Source: a virus
Lineage: Duplodnaviria; Caudoviricetes
Reading direction: 5' to 3' (one strand)
Virus record (IMG/VR): IMGVR_UViG_3300042291_002130
Coordinates: 1 to 52,785 of that record
Length of the DNA stretch: 52,785 bases
Positions within the stretch are counted from its first letter, which is position 1. Every line of letters starts with the position of its first letter. Both the position numbers and the translations under genes were made by a program. The notes under the pieces are model-generated. The model was not told the DNA's origin. It ran no database searches and worked only from the letters and a program-made list of their open reading frames with translations. Shown in pieces: positions 39,289 to 46,265 of this stretch.

Positions 39289-39603
39289 ATGGAAAAAGTA
39301 ATTAGAGATGGTAAAGTAGCTGTTCTTATTTCAAGAGGATTTGGTGCAGGCTGGTCTACTTGGAATACTGAATTTCCAGAACTTATATTCCACCCTAAAA
39401 TTGTTGAATTAGTTGAACAAGATAAAGCTACGACTATACTTGAAGATGACTGGATAGCAGAGAACTTAGGTCACCGTGTCTATACTGGTGGTGCACTCGA
39501 TTTAGAGATCGTATGGTTACCTGAAGGAACCAAATTTATGATTAATGAATATGACGGGTCTGAAAGTATTATTACCTTAGATGATTTAGTATTTACTGCA
39601 TAA
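39289..39603 (+). CDS. Conserved phage hypothetical protein
   Basis: VAVLIS.GFGAGWSTWN...F.P...L.I.WLPEGTKF.I.EYDGSE. Confidence 0.7.
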   Translation: MEKVIRDGKVAVLISRGFGAGWSTWNTEFPELIFHPKIVELVEQDKATTILEDDWIAENLGHRVYTGGALDLEIVWLPEGTKFMINEYDGSESIITLDDLVFTA

Positions 39604-39646
39604 CTACTTGAGGTAACTCAGTTATATTATTATAAAAAGAAATAGT

Positions 39647-40357
39647 ATGAAAAATATATTTATATTACCAACAGACCAACCAAGTAGATTGAGATTTTTT
39701 TGCGGTAGATTAGAGTTAATGAGATTAGTACCTAAAAAATCTGATATAATTTTTCAACACATCTATATCACATCTGATGAAGAGATTAAAGATGGAGATT
39801 GGATGATTAGAGGTAATGAACAACCAACATTAGTTACTCCTAATTTCTTTTGGGATTTTGGGGTTAGATATTATAAAATCATCCTAACAACAGACCCAAC
39901 TCTAATTGCAGATGGTGTACAAGCTATTGATGATGAGTTCTTAGAATGGTTTGTAAAGAATCCTACTTGTGATTTTGTTGAAGTTGATAGAGACGAAAGA
40001 GAAGTTGGAAATCACTTAGGTGGAATTGCTACTGAATATGGTTATTACAAAATCATCATACCAGAAGAAGAACCTAAAAAAGAAACATTAGAAGAAGCTG
40101 CTGAAAAGTATGCTAATAAAGAATTAAATAATGAAGTAACTTCAAAAGTTGGAAATTTCTATGGGTTTAGTAGTTCATTTATGGAAGGTGCTAAATGGCA
40201 ATCTGAAAAACTGTATAATGAAGAAGATGTCAGAGAATTACTTATGAAAGCTTTAACACATAATGACCATAATCTTTGTGGTTCATTGGTTACAGTAGAA
40301 GGTGAAATAAGAACTGCAAATTTTGGAGTTTGGTTTGAAGAAAATAAAAAGAAATAG
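39647..40357 (+). CDS. Two-module protein ending in a 'KETLEEAAE' module
   Basis: N-module KIILTTD..LI.DGVQAIDDEFLEWFVKNP; C-module KETLEEAAE...FMEGAKWQ...YNEED...WFEENKKK. Confidence 0.65.
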   Translation: MKNIFILPTDQPSRLRFFCGRLELMRLVPKKSDIIFQHIYITSDEEIKDGDWMIRGNEQPTLVTPNFFWDFGVRYYKIILTTDPTLIADGVQAIDDEFLEWFVKNPTCDFVEVDRDEREVGNHLGGIATEYGYYKIIIPEEEPKKETLEEAAEKYANKELNNEVTSKVGNFYGFSSSFMEGAKWQSEKLYNEEDVRELLMKALTHNDHNLCGSLVTVEGEIRTANFGVWFEENKKK

Positions 40358-40358
40358 C

Positions 40359-40568
40359 ATGGAAAAAGAAACATTAGACGAAGCTGCTGAACGACATGAC
40401 TCAGATAGAGATTCATTTATATCTGGTGCTAATTGGCAAGCCCAAAGAATGTACAGTAGGCAAGATATAATCGACTTTGTGTACTTCATTAATAGTAGAC
40501 ACTTCAATAGGTATACAGTAGATACCGATGAAGTTGATTTATTTATTGAACAATTTAAAAAAGGATAA
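40359..40568 (+). CDS. 'KETLEEAAE' family paralog 4 (start moved to 40359)
   Basis: MEKETLDEAAE...FISGANWQAQRMYS...FIEQFKKG. Confidence 0.65.
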   Translation: MEKETLDEAAERHDSDRDSFISGANWQAQRMYSRQDIIDFVYFINSRHFNRYTVDTDEVDLFIEQFKKG

Positions 40569-40588
40569 ATTTTTAGTAAGTGGTATTT

Positions 40589-40705
40589 AGTCAGGTGGCG
40601 GAATGGAGTGGGGTGTCCTCGCTCGTTGGTAGACGCACATATCCATACAGGGATGACACAGTACTGTATTACTGTGTCTTACAAGTTCGAATCTTGTCCT
40701 GACTA
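40589..40705 (+). tRNA. tRNA-like RNA 1 (Leu-like scaffold, D-loop insertion, non-canonical anticodon arm)
   Basis: Acceptor AGTCAGG/CCTGACT-A; T arm ACAAG-TTCGAAT-CTTGT; D arm GCG...AGACGC with an inserted GAGTGGGG/CCTCGCTC hairpin; 9-bp variable arm GACACAGTA/TACTGTGTC. Confidence 0.7.
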
Positions 40706-40725
40706 CAAAAATTAAGTAGAGAAAA

Positions 40726-40923
40726 ATGAAGTTATTAAAGGTTGAAGAGTGGAATTATCATATCATATACATAAATGACAATGAAAATTACCAGGTATAT
40801 CGAAGAATAGACCAAACCCGTTGGGAAAAGTACCATAAGAATCAATGGAGACCGATTACTGACTACTCAGCATTAGAAAAACTATTTACCCAAAGGGATA
40901 CCACAAGAGACCAGGTAAAATAA
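40726..40923 (+). CDS. Hypothetical protein following tRNA-like RNA 1
   Basis: AGAGAAAAATG start context. Confidence 0.55.
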   Translation: MKLLKVEEWNYHIIYINDNENYQVYRRIDQTRWEKYHKNQWRPITDYSALEKLFTQRDTTRDQVK

Positions 40924-41014
40924 TCTGATTATGGACCATCACCCTACCTATTGGGGTTCACCGGCCACTCTACTTGATCCCCAAACTAGAAAAAATTGAA
41001 CCCTAAATAGACAA

Positions 41015-41040
41015 CTAGTCTCGGGACTACGGAGTCCAGC
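41015..41040 (+). repeat. ACTACGGAGT hairpin/palindrome site, first copy (CTAGTC-N-GGGACTACGGAGTCCAGC)
   Basis: Exact core at 41026, 41901, 43435, 43762, 44953, 47249, 50480, 52755; one mismatch at 42729 and 43199; all on the + strand. Confidence 0.85.
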
Positions 41041-41132
41041 GTTAGACTCACACTTAAAATATAAACAAGTAATCCTAGAGACTTTTTATTGTCTAAAATC
41101 TTTAGTATAATAGTTTTATAAATGATAACTTT

Positions 41133-41208
41133 AGTCAGGTGAATGGTAATTGGTAACCGAAACCGTCCAGGTGATGTTGAGATGCAGGTTCGAATCCTGT
41201 CCTGACTA
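41133..41208 (+). tRNA. tRNA-like RNA 2 (acceptor + T arm intact; D/anticodon region unrecognisable)
   Basis: AGTCAGG...GCAGG-TTCGAAT-CCTGT-CCTGACT-A; TAGTATAATA ~20 nt upstream. Confidence 0.65.
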
Positions 41209-41233
41209 CTAACTTAAAATAAAAATAAAAATT

Positions 41234-41506
41234 ATGAAAAAATTTGAAGACTTAGAGTTTGAAAAAATTGAAAACGATACATTCAAAACCGGTGTGACTA
41301 GTAGAATGGTGTTTGAAAATGGGTATGGAGTATCTGTCGTTTCGCACACATATTCATATGGTGGTAAGGAAGGTTTATATGAAGTTGCGGTATTAGGTAA
41401 AGATGGAGACTTAACTTATGATACACCAGTAACAAATGACGTAATTGGATATTTAGAACCAGTAGAAGTTACTGATATTATGAAACAAGTTCAAGAGTTA
41501 AAATAA
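41234..41506 (+). CDS. Conserved phage hypothetical protein
   Basis: FENGYGVSVV...SYGG..GLYEVAVL...YDTPVTNDVIGYL. Confidence 0.7.
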   Translation: MKKFEDLEFEKIENDTFKTGVTSRMVFENGYGVSVVSHTYSYGGKEGLYEVAVLGKDGDLTYDTPVTNDVIGYLEPVEVTDIMKQVQELK

Positions 41507-41510
41507 CATC

Positions 41511-41596
41511 AGTCAGGTGGCGGAATGGTAGACGCTATACTTAAGCAGTTGAAGCTGGGTAATTCAACGATACAGGTTCGAATCCTGTCCTGACTA
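41511..41596 (+). tRNA. tRNA-like RNA 3 (Leu-like D arm, no canonical anticodon stem)
   Basis: AGTCAGG-TG-GCGGAATGGTAGACGC...GTTGAA/TTCAAC...ACAGG-TTCGAAT-CCTGT-CCTGACT-A. Confidence 0.7.
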
Positions 41597-41615
41597 CTCT
41601 AATATCGAGAGAAAA

Positions 41616-41882
41616 ATGATAAACCTAGAAGAGATCAAGGAGATCCGAGCCTACACCAGTGGTATTGTTGAAATGGGCTCAGTAACTATTATTATCAATA
41701 ACCGGGAATGGCAGTTTGATATAGAGGAATGGGCAGTACACGGCAACTTGGAATTTCGGGTCTACTTAGCTAGATGGCAAGACTCTAAAGACCTAGCACT
41801 AGAATTAGAAGAAGGTAGAGTAGTAGACAACCACTTTTGCAGATTTATCCAAGATGAATATTACAGGATTACAGCCAAATAA
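41616..41882 (+). CDS. Hypothetical protein following tRNA-like RNA 3
   Basis: AGAGAAAAATG start context, as at 40726. Confidence 0.55.
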   Translation: MINLEEIKEIRAYTSGIVEMGSVTIIINNREWQFDIEEWAVHGNLEFRVYLARWQDSKDLALELEEGRVVDNHFCRFIQDEYYRITAK

Positions 41883-41897
41883 TCACTAGTCTATACC

Positions 41898-42031
41898 GGG
41901 ACTACGGAGTCCAGCTACTAATACTACTATACTAAATAACTAGAGATAAAGATAAGAGAAAAGATCTCTAGATAGAAGAGACCCCAATAGAGATACGCAA
42001 TAACCAGGAACGGAGATCCTAGAGACCCCAA
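41898..42031 (+). repeat. ~135-bp imperfect direct repeat, copy A
   Basis: GGACTAC(G/A)GAGTCCAGCTAC...TCTCTA.ATAGA.GAGACCCCAA.AGAGAT...CCAGGAAC.GAGATCCTAGAGACCCCAA, shared with 43196-43332. Confidence 0.85.
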
Positions 42032-42050
42032 CCAACCAGTCAGCTATACA

Positions 42051-42692
42051 TCAGCCGTGCATCAGCCGTACATCAGCCCATGCCCTAAACCCATCAATAT
42101 CTGCTCTCGACCCAAGTATATGTATGTCCTTTGGATCAAATACCGCTAACTCTACCCGGTCTCTACGATTTGCTTTCAAATGACTAAGATCGACTTCAAT
42201 GCCGCCTCCTTGTTCTAAACTCTTCTTGACAGAATCAAGTTCTCCCTCGTCTTTTAGTTCATTTGGATAACCCAATATTGAATCATATTGACTCATATCA
42301 AAGTGCTGCTTAAGTTTTGCAACGCTCTGAGTAGTCAAACCGGTCTTTTTAAGTATTTCAGCAGCGTTCTCCCTGTTAATTATTAGAGGATTTTTTACGT
42401 TTACTTTAGCAAGTAGTGTTCTTGTTTTAAGAAGTTTTTCAATAAACTTGGGAAGATTGCTCTGCACATCGTAAAAAGAAAAGTAGGCACCTCCTAAATA
42501 GCTCAGTCTAAACTCATCAAACTTTTTAGCGCTTGTTTTGTGAAACATGACCTGTTTTATCCTACTTTCTGGAAATACTGTTTCAAGATATTCCAAATAA
42601 TCTTGATCAGTGCCTATTTCTCGAAGGATATCATCAATTTCTTCTAACTTTATGTGATTTTCATTAATAAATTCATTAAAGCTAACTAACAT
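42051..42692 (-). CDS. ADP-ribosyltransferase-like protein (ART-PolyVal type) with CTS N-terminus
   Basis: MFHKT...FDEF...GAYFS...VNVKNP...YDSI...ELAVFDPKDI (H-Y-E ART pattern); starts MLVSFNEFINE. Confidence 0.6.
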   Translation of the reverse strand: MLVSFNEFINENHIKLEEIDDILREIGTDQDYLEYLETVFPESRIKQVMFHKTSAKKFDEFRLSYLGGAYFSFYDVQSNLPKFIEKLLKTRTLLAKVNVKNPLIINRENAAEILKKTGLTTQSVAKLKQHFDMSQYDSILGYPNELKDEGELDSVKKSLEQGGGIEVDLSHLKANRRDRVELAVFDPKDIHILGSRADIDGFRAWADVRLMHG

Positions 42693-42758
42693 GTTTTCTC
42701 TTTTTTAGTTATTTATTCTAGTCACGGGACTACGGAATCCAGCTCTAGCTATACTAAA

Positions 42759-42786
42759 AGAGTCTCTACTATTGGGCAGAGACTCT
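42759..42786. terminator. Hairpin AGAGTCTCT-N10-AGAGACTCT, probable terminator for 42800-43135
   Basis: Perfect 9-bp stem with a short U-run on the minus strand. Confidence 0.55.
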
Positions 42787-42799
42787 ATTATAATTAGTA

Positions 42800-43135
42800 T
42801 TAGTTAAACTGAACTCTAGCAGTTCCTAATTGTATTTTGTTAGCCCACTTCTTAACTTCAGCTTTAGATCCTGTAAAAGAAACCTCGAACTCAGCATCAT
42901 ATGGTTCATCGTATTTTGGAGTACTGCCTCTTCTTCCCCAACCAGTAAGAGCAGGTTTGCCTACTAATTTTAATCCTTCCGGAAAACCTATTCTATCAAA
43001 GTCTTCTTTAAGAGCTTTAGCTGCTTCTGATTTACTCATTTGATCAGCCCAAGTCCAGTCAAACTCTAATTCAATAGTAGCTTTTCCAAGGGTCTCTTTG
43101 CTTTCATTAAGCCATTCAGTAAATTGTTTAATCAT
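42800..43135 (-). CDS. Small virion-internal protein candidate
   Basis: MIKQFTEWLNES; AATAAATA upstream. Confidence 0.6.
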   Translation of the reverse strand: MIKQFTEWLNESKETLGKATIELEFDWTWADQMSKSEAAKALKEDFDRIGFPEGLKLVGKPALTGWGRRGSTPKYDEPYDAEFEVSFTGSKAEVKKWANKIQLGTARVQFN

Positions 43136-43195
43136 CTTCTAAAAATTTTTTATTTTATTTATTTATTATACTATATTTATTTATTATACTACAAC

Positions 43196-43332
43196 AGGAC
43201 TACAGAGTCCAGCTACCCAGTATCAGTATACCAGAGAATCAAGATAAAAAGAAATAGGTGAAGAGTCTCTAAATAGACGAGACCCCAACAGAGATGCCTA
43301 ATCACCAGGAACAGAGATCCTAGAGACCCCAA
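43196..43332 (+). repeat. ~135-bp imperfect direct repeat, copy B
   Basis: See copy A at 41898-42031. Confidence 0.85.
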
Positions 43333-43463
43333 TCTACTACCTGACTACCCATGCCCCTGATCTAGAACAGTCTTTACCCCTGACCCAGAACTACTTTTAA
43401 ATGCGCCGTCATGTCGCTCCGGCCACCTACGTTTACTACGGAGTCCCGAACGGGAACTTCTCG

Positions 43464-43538
43464 AGGGGCTCAACTTAGGGGTTCAACTTGCCAATTGGGT
43501 ATCACACCGGTGCCACCAACTTTCAAATGAACCCCTAA
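43464..43538. repeat. 13-bp tandem repeat plus 11-bp inverted repeat upstream of the recombinase
   Basis: AGGGG(C/T)TCAACTT x2 at 43464-43489; TTAGGGGTTCA (43475) / TGAACCCCTAA (43528). Confidence 0.7.
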
Positions 43539-43569
43539 TCTCGGGATAAATAATTAAAAAAGTTAAACT

Positions 43570-44259
43570 ATGTGGAGACCAGAGGCACTTGAAGTTCTTG
43601 GATGCAGTATCAGCACATTCAAGAGATATGTAAAAGCTGGCAAGATCAGGTATGATCAAGTCGGGAACCGTTACTTATATTGGGACGATGACGTCTATAA
43701 GCTTAAAGGAAAGCACCTAATCAGGGGTCACTGGTCAGTAGCTTATTGCAGAGTAGCCGGGACTACGGAGTCCGACCGGAGGCTTATGCTCCAACAGCAG
43801 CAGCTAGTCAGGAACTGGTGTGCACAGCGAGGTATCTCTCTAGATAAGTTGTACGATGACTGGGCTCCCGCTACAGACTTCTCGCTAGACTGGAGACCCG
43901 CTCTGCATGACCTGATCCAGGACGTGATCAAAAAGAGGGTGTCAGTAATTATAGTAGAGACTACTGACAGACTGGCCCGAGTTGGCTGGGAGCTCTTTCC
44001 TGCCTGGTTCCAATATTATGGGGTAGAGGTAGTAGTAATCAACTCGGCCATCACCGTGCCAGAATATCAGCTAGAACAGGAAAAGGATCTCACGAATCTC
44101 TTACTTAAAGCTGGTGTAGATCGACTAGACAAGCTTGGTGCTGACTCCTTGCCTAAACCTAAGAAGAGGGAGAAGCGTGAACATCCTGGCAAGATAACTC
44201 CAAACTGGGAAGGAAAACCAGAGGAGCCAACTAAACGGGATCTTTCAGATCTAATGTAA
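43570..44259 (+). CDS. IS607 TnpA-like serine recombinase (N-terminal HTH + resolvase domain), catalytic Ser replaced by Ala
   Basis: EALEVLGCSISTFKRYVKAGKI HTH; AYCRVA instead of Y.RVS; RPAL..L; DRLARVG.E...GVEVVVIN. No tnpB and no IS ends seen. Confidence 0.85.
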   Translation: MWRPEALEVLGCSISTFKRYVKAGKIRYDQVGNRYLYWDDDVYKLKGKHLIRGHWSVAYCRVAGTTESDRRLMLQQQQLVRNWCAQRGISLDKLYDDWAPATDFSLDWRPALHDLIQDVIKKRVSVIIVETTDRLARVGWELFPAWFQYYGVEVVVINSAITVPEYQLEQEKDLTNLLLKAGVDRLDKLGADSLPKPKKREKREHPGKITPNWEGKPEEPTKRDLSDLM

Positions 44260-44309
44260 TTCTTCAGTTCTTTAGCAGAGACACTCGCCAGCCAAGATAA
44301 ATAAACAAT

Positions 44310-44729
44310 ATGAAATCATTTATAGAATTTATAGCAGAGAGTCGGGCATTTGACCTAGACCACTTGCCTAGACTAGGGGAGATTCTTAGCTCGGCTGAAA
44401 GGAACATGCGGGCTCCATACACTTGGGCATTTGTAAGATTTATAGCAGATCAACTAAGGCTGAGCCAAACCGGAGATATTGTAGAGATTGGACCTAGCCA
44501 CTTTAGATTTAGAGACATGCAGGAGATCTACGCCAAGGATCCTCTTTCTTGGGGTCAAAAATCATACAATAATTCATGGTTTAAATATTTTACCGCAAAG
44601 ATAAGATATGTCTGCGAGATGAGTGAAGGCTTAAGATCGGAGGCTATAACTTTCTGGCTCTCTACAGAGGAATATGAAAAGGTATTTGGTATGCCCCAGG
44701 AAATAGATACTATATTCGCTGATTTTTAA
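44310..44729 (+). CDS. Internal head protein with near-canonical T4 capsid-targeting sequence
   Basis: MKSFIEFIAES versus T4 IPII/IPIII MKTYQEFIAE; GATAAATA at 44296. Confidence 0.7.
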   Translation: MKSFIEFIAESRAFDLDHLPRLGEILSSAERNMRAPYTWAFVRFIADQLRLSQTGDIVEIGPSHFRFRDMQEIYAKDPLSWGQKSYNNSWFKYFTAKIRYVCEMSEGLRSEAITFWLSTEEYEKVFGMPQEIDTIFADF

Positions 44730-44976
44730 ATAGGTCCTCCTAAGGGACTCTCCCTTTCTGGATATTAGAATATACTAGTGAGATGAGCTAGCCTCGCCAT
44801 AGGAAAGAGTACCTCTCTAGATTGGGCTCCGGATTCCATGGCATACTAGGCACCCAAACGTCCCAGCGGGCAGGGAAATCCAGAGACTCGGCTCGCTCCC
44901 GTGTACAGGCGGGTGTCACGACGACGCGCGATAGCAGAGACTCGGTAGGGTTACTACGGAGTAAACCCCTTAACCC

Positions 44977-45004
44977 AAAAAATGGGAACCTACTGGCTCC
45001 CATT
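44977..45004 (-). terminator. Rho-independent terminator of the minus-strand block
   Basis: AATGGGA/TCCCATT stem with a U-tract on the minus strand. Confidence 0.65.
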
Positions 45005-45024
45005 CCTAGTCGTCAAACTACCTC

Positions 45025-46200
45025 TTATAATTGCGCGTACTGAGCGAATTGAAGGTCGTAACCTGCATTTACGCCTTTAGCGAAAAGTTCTCCTGCTTGT
45101 GCTTTCAATTCCCACTGATCGGCTAATTCAATTCCTGAATTGTTTGAACCTAGGTAGGTAAGTGAATTTACAACATCCCATATTGACATTCCTGTCTTGA
45201 TAAAACTTTTTTGTTTTTCATTTAACTTGTATGGGTCTTGGCCTTTTTGCATAATGCGGGCCATTGTATCTCTGTGTCCATCAAAGTAGTTACGTTCGAT
45301 AGTATCAATAAAGTTCTTTTTATATTGTGGGTCAGACTCTCTTACTTTACGTTGAGCCAACATCATAGCACTGTCAACTTCAAATAAGCTTGCCTTAGTG
45401 CCAACAGCTGTTGCTAGGGATCCGGCGAATGCAGCAGGTACGAAGCCAGACTTTTTCATAGTATCTACTTTATTTAAGAAGATTCGGATATCGTCGCCAC
45501 TAGTTCCACCTAGTTTAAACTTTTCTTCAAAGTGTAGGTCACGGTTAGAACCAATAGATCCGCTACCGAAACTTACTCTTAATCCATTAGAGCATACTAG
45601 GCGGGTATTATAAGTCTCAATAATAGTATCTTTACTCGACTGGGTAATTGAGAACCCAAATTTAAAGAACTCGTCTTTGCCTGCTCCTGGGAAACCTACC
45701 TCTTCTGAGTTTAGGAAGTTAATGGATGAGGTTCCGCCATTTGGACTGTGGTCAACCGTCTCTATAATTAGGGAAGGGTGTTCGTTCATGATTTTACTAG
45801 TCATATCGAATAGTGAATCATTAGTCAATCGTCGGTATCTCTTAGGATCGCAGATATCAATTACTTCTCGAGTTTGGGTATTAGCAATCAGCAAGACATC
45901 CTTTGCTCCAATACCTCGACGGTATTCGTTTAGTGCATTCATAAATGCTGCAGCCACTTTACCATTGTCGTTCTTAATAAACTCTCTAGTCAAGGAAGCA
46001 TTCATCTTCAGCATGCCAGCAAGTTTCAAGAAAAAGTTAGGGCCAACCTTTACTAGTGTTCCGCCGATTTCAAGTTCATTACGGCTGAACGAAGTGTCAG
46101 TTAATTTAAGTGCAGAAATTGGCACCTGTTTTGTTGCGTGCTCATTAGCTACCATTACTTCTCTGATTGCATCGAACTGGGAATTTGTTACTTCTTTCAT
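45025..46200 (-). CDS. DUF932/DUF945-like protein
   Basis: FGFSIT.S...RLVCSNGL; C-terminal SIWDVVNSLTY. Confidence 0.6.
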   Translation of the reverse strand: MKEVTNSQFDAIREVMVANEHATKQVPISALKLTDTSFSRNELEIGGTLVKVGPNFFLKLAGMLKMNASLTREFIKNDNGKVAAAFMNALNEYRRGIGAKDVLLIANTQTREVIDICDPKRYRRLTNDSLFDMTSKIMNEHPSLIIETVDHSPNGGTSSINFLNSEEVGFPGAGKDEFFKFGFSITQSSKDTIIETYNTRLVCSNGLRVSFGSGSIGSNRDLHFEEKFKLGGTSGDDIRIFLNKVDTMKKSGFVPAAFAGSLATAVGTKASLFEVDSAMMLAQRKVRESDPQYKKNFIDTIERNYFDGHRDTMARIMQKGQDPYKLNEKQKSFIKTGMSIWDVVNSLTYLGSNNSGIELADQWELKAQAGELFAKGVNAGYDLQFAQYAQL

Positions 46201-46265
46201 AATTAAATTTTTTTTAGGTTAGTTTGACTAATATTATAATACTATTTTGGTTTTAACTTTTAAAA

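Noticed and set aside
38608-40568. Diversity-generating retroelement acting on the KETLEEAAE paralogs
   Set aside because: No reverse transcriptase in the window, and the differences are whole-segment replacements, not adenine-specific changes.
41536-41560. Calling tRNA-like RNA 3 a tRNA-Leu(TAA) from CTTAAGC
   Set aside because: No 5-bp anticodon stem closes that loop; alternative folds give non-canonical loops.
41015-43450. CRISPR array built from the GGGACTACGGAGTCCAGC repeats
   Set aside because: Repeats are short and spaced irregularly by hundreds of bp, mostly with whole genes between them; no cas genes in the window.
43570-44729. Intact IS607 element (tnpA + tnpB)
   Set aside because: The downstream ORF is a CTS-tagged 139-aa protein with no RuvC or Zn-ribbon motifs, and TnpA lacks its catalytic Ser.
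44788-45043. ORFs 44788-45003(-) and 44822-45043(+)
   Set aside because: Atypical composition, overlap with a terminator and repeats, and no promoter or leader; likely by-products of the GC-rich island.
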